From Macrostomum lignano (Eukaryota), in NCBI GenBank assembly GCA_002269645.1, contig NIVC01001952.1, positions 124,001-188,000 of the forward strand: a DNA stretch of 64,000 bases. The letters run 5' to 3'. Under the pieces are notes generated by a model that saw only the letters and a list, made by a program, of their open reading frames with translations, searched no databases and was not told the DNA's origin. Within the stretch, counting starts at the first letter, position 1, and the number at the start of each line of letters is the position of its first letter. This document shows positions 62,424-64,000 of this stretch, piece after piece. The translations under genes and the position numbers were made by a program.

Positions 62424-64000
62424 TCAGGGTCCGGCCGCTGACAGATGGCAAACCCGAGCCACCGCCTGCACCAGACAGTCGGCTGAATCAGTCCGAGCGC
62501 ACAGGAAGGCGTGACAGGCGGCGGTGGCGTCGCTATCGACAATAGCGCAGCAGAATATTCGAGGCAGTCTGCGGTGCACAGAGGCGCACACGACTGACTC
62601 TATGGGGTGGCGCTGGGTGTCTGCGGAGGACGCACGGCTGTCTGGTGCGGCTGCTAATAAACCAGTTGGGGTTAATCTGAAAGTTTATTGGGTTGAAGGT
62701 GATTGTCCATTTAATAATTTGCATACTGATCTGATGTAATTTTGTCCGCTGAGACAATTCTGCACATCCCGCTGACTCAGCACTCACACACACGCACTCA
62801 CACACACGCACTCACACACGCACTCACACACACGCACTCACACACACGCACTCACACACACGCACTCACACACACGCACTCACACACACTCACTCACACA
62901 CACGCACTCACACACACACACTCACACACACGCACTCACACACGCACTCACACACACGCACTCACACACACGCACTCACACACACGCACTCACACACACG
63001 CACTCACACACACGCACTCACACACACACACTCACACACACGCACTCACACACACGCACTCACACACACGCACTCACACACACACACTCACACACACGCA
63101 CTCACACACACTCACTCACACACACGCACTCACACACACACACTCACACACACGCACTCACACACACGCACTCACACACACGCACTCACACACACTCACT
63201 CACACACACGCACTCACACACACACACTCACACACACGCACTCACACACGCACTCACACACACGCACTCACACACACGCACTCACACACACACACGCACT
63301 CACACGCGCCCCCTGACTTTCTAATCCTTAGGCATGTACACTCTCTGTACACTCTCTGACCTTGATAGTTACTGAGCTGATATACAATATTGACAGCTCA
63401 ACCAATGTAACCTTGATAGTTAATAGCCTATCAGACACTCGCCTGTTCACCTCATTCAGTTAATATTCTCGGGTGCTGATTAAATATTCAATATTGCGAC
63501 AGGAAGAGGAGAATTACCTTGTCAATGACGGATCCTCTTGTTCTAGAGGCTGTACAGTCAAACCGCCGACCGACACTGTCACCATGGCAACTGGGAGCAC
63601 TGAAGAACCTTCTGCAGTTGTCGCCGTCGAAGCCAGCGAATTCCGCTGTCGACGTCTGGCCGCAGCGGCCGCTGCCACCAGCTGCTCAACTGGCTGCTGT
63701 ACAAACTCGGCCGCGGTATTGGAGGCCGCTGCCAGGAGGAGGCGGGCACTCGACAGCGGAACGGCGCCGAGACACTTGGCTGGCACCGCGGCAAGATGCG
63801 CGCGCTGCGGCTTCGGCGGCTGCGGAGGCTGTGGCGGCGGCAGTGGCAACGGCGCCGGTCGCAGTGACAAGAGCCGACGCAGCCGACTCAGGCTGAAAAT
63901 CGATTGCCGACGCCGCCGATGCTGACGTCGTGGTTGCTGCGCCGTCGCGGTCGGTGGTAGCGGCGGCGGTGGCGGCGGCGGCGGCTGCTGTGGCCCCGAC
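62424..64000 (-). CDS. 3' part of a PTB/PID-domain protein gene (continues beyond the window); complement(join(62424..62676,63518..>64000))
   Basis: The open frame from the window end is Pro/Ala-rich and ends VTVSVGGLTVQPLEQEDPSLT(R) at an AG|GTAATT donor (63517). The phase-2 acceptor TTTCAG| (62677) leads to LTPTGLL...HPIESVVCASVHRRLPRIFCCAIVD...ACHAFLCARTDSADCLVQAVARVCH...*, which matches the PTB pattern (hPl..I....h....rlF......CHvF.C....A..lv.al). Confidence 0.7.
62775..63305. repeat. (CA)-rich ~14-bp repeat CACTCACACACACG in the PTB gene intron
   Basis: Direct reading; explains the THTH ORF. Confidence 0.95.

Noticed and set aside
55865-63359. Repeat ORFs VTHNDRLR, SQIPNP, LHPALSTLHSPPC, SLSCLL and THTH
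   Set aside because: Tandem-repeat read-through with no domain, splice or codon support.

Overview
This is eukaryotic, intron-containing animal genomic DNA. It has GC-rich exons with poly-Ala/Gly/Gln tracts embedded in about 33 micro- and minisatellite arrays, which cover roughly one third of the window by my coordinate estimates. This style suggests a free-living flatworm such as Macrostomum (inference, not proven). By manual splice-phase reconstruction I support eight protein genes: (1) an NR2E6/PNR-like nuclear receptor (+, 6 exons); (2) a Shisa-like single-pass membrane protein (-, 5 exons); (3) a low-complexity protein with SILK and RVxF-like PP1 docking motifs (+); (4) a complete GlyR/GluCl-type Cys-loop anion channel subunit (-, 9 exons); (5) a 65-aa secreted inhibitor-cystine-knot (knottin) peptide hidden at the end of a 2.2-kb satellite (+); (6) a secreted protein with a degenerate VWA domain (+); (7) an intronless neuropeptide-type GPCR with D2.50Q (+); and (8) the 3' part of a PTB-domain gene (-). 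Mobile DNA comprises a 5'-truncated, internally deleted RTE-type LINE with a 10-bp TSD and two tRNA-headed CORE-like SINE copies. Most long ORFs in the supplied track are read-throughs of tandem repeats and are not genes. No rRNA, true tRNA or CRISPR array was seen.
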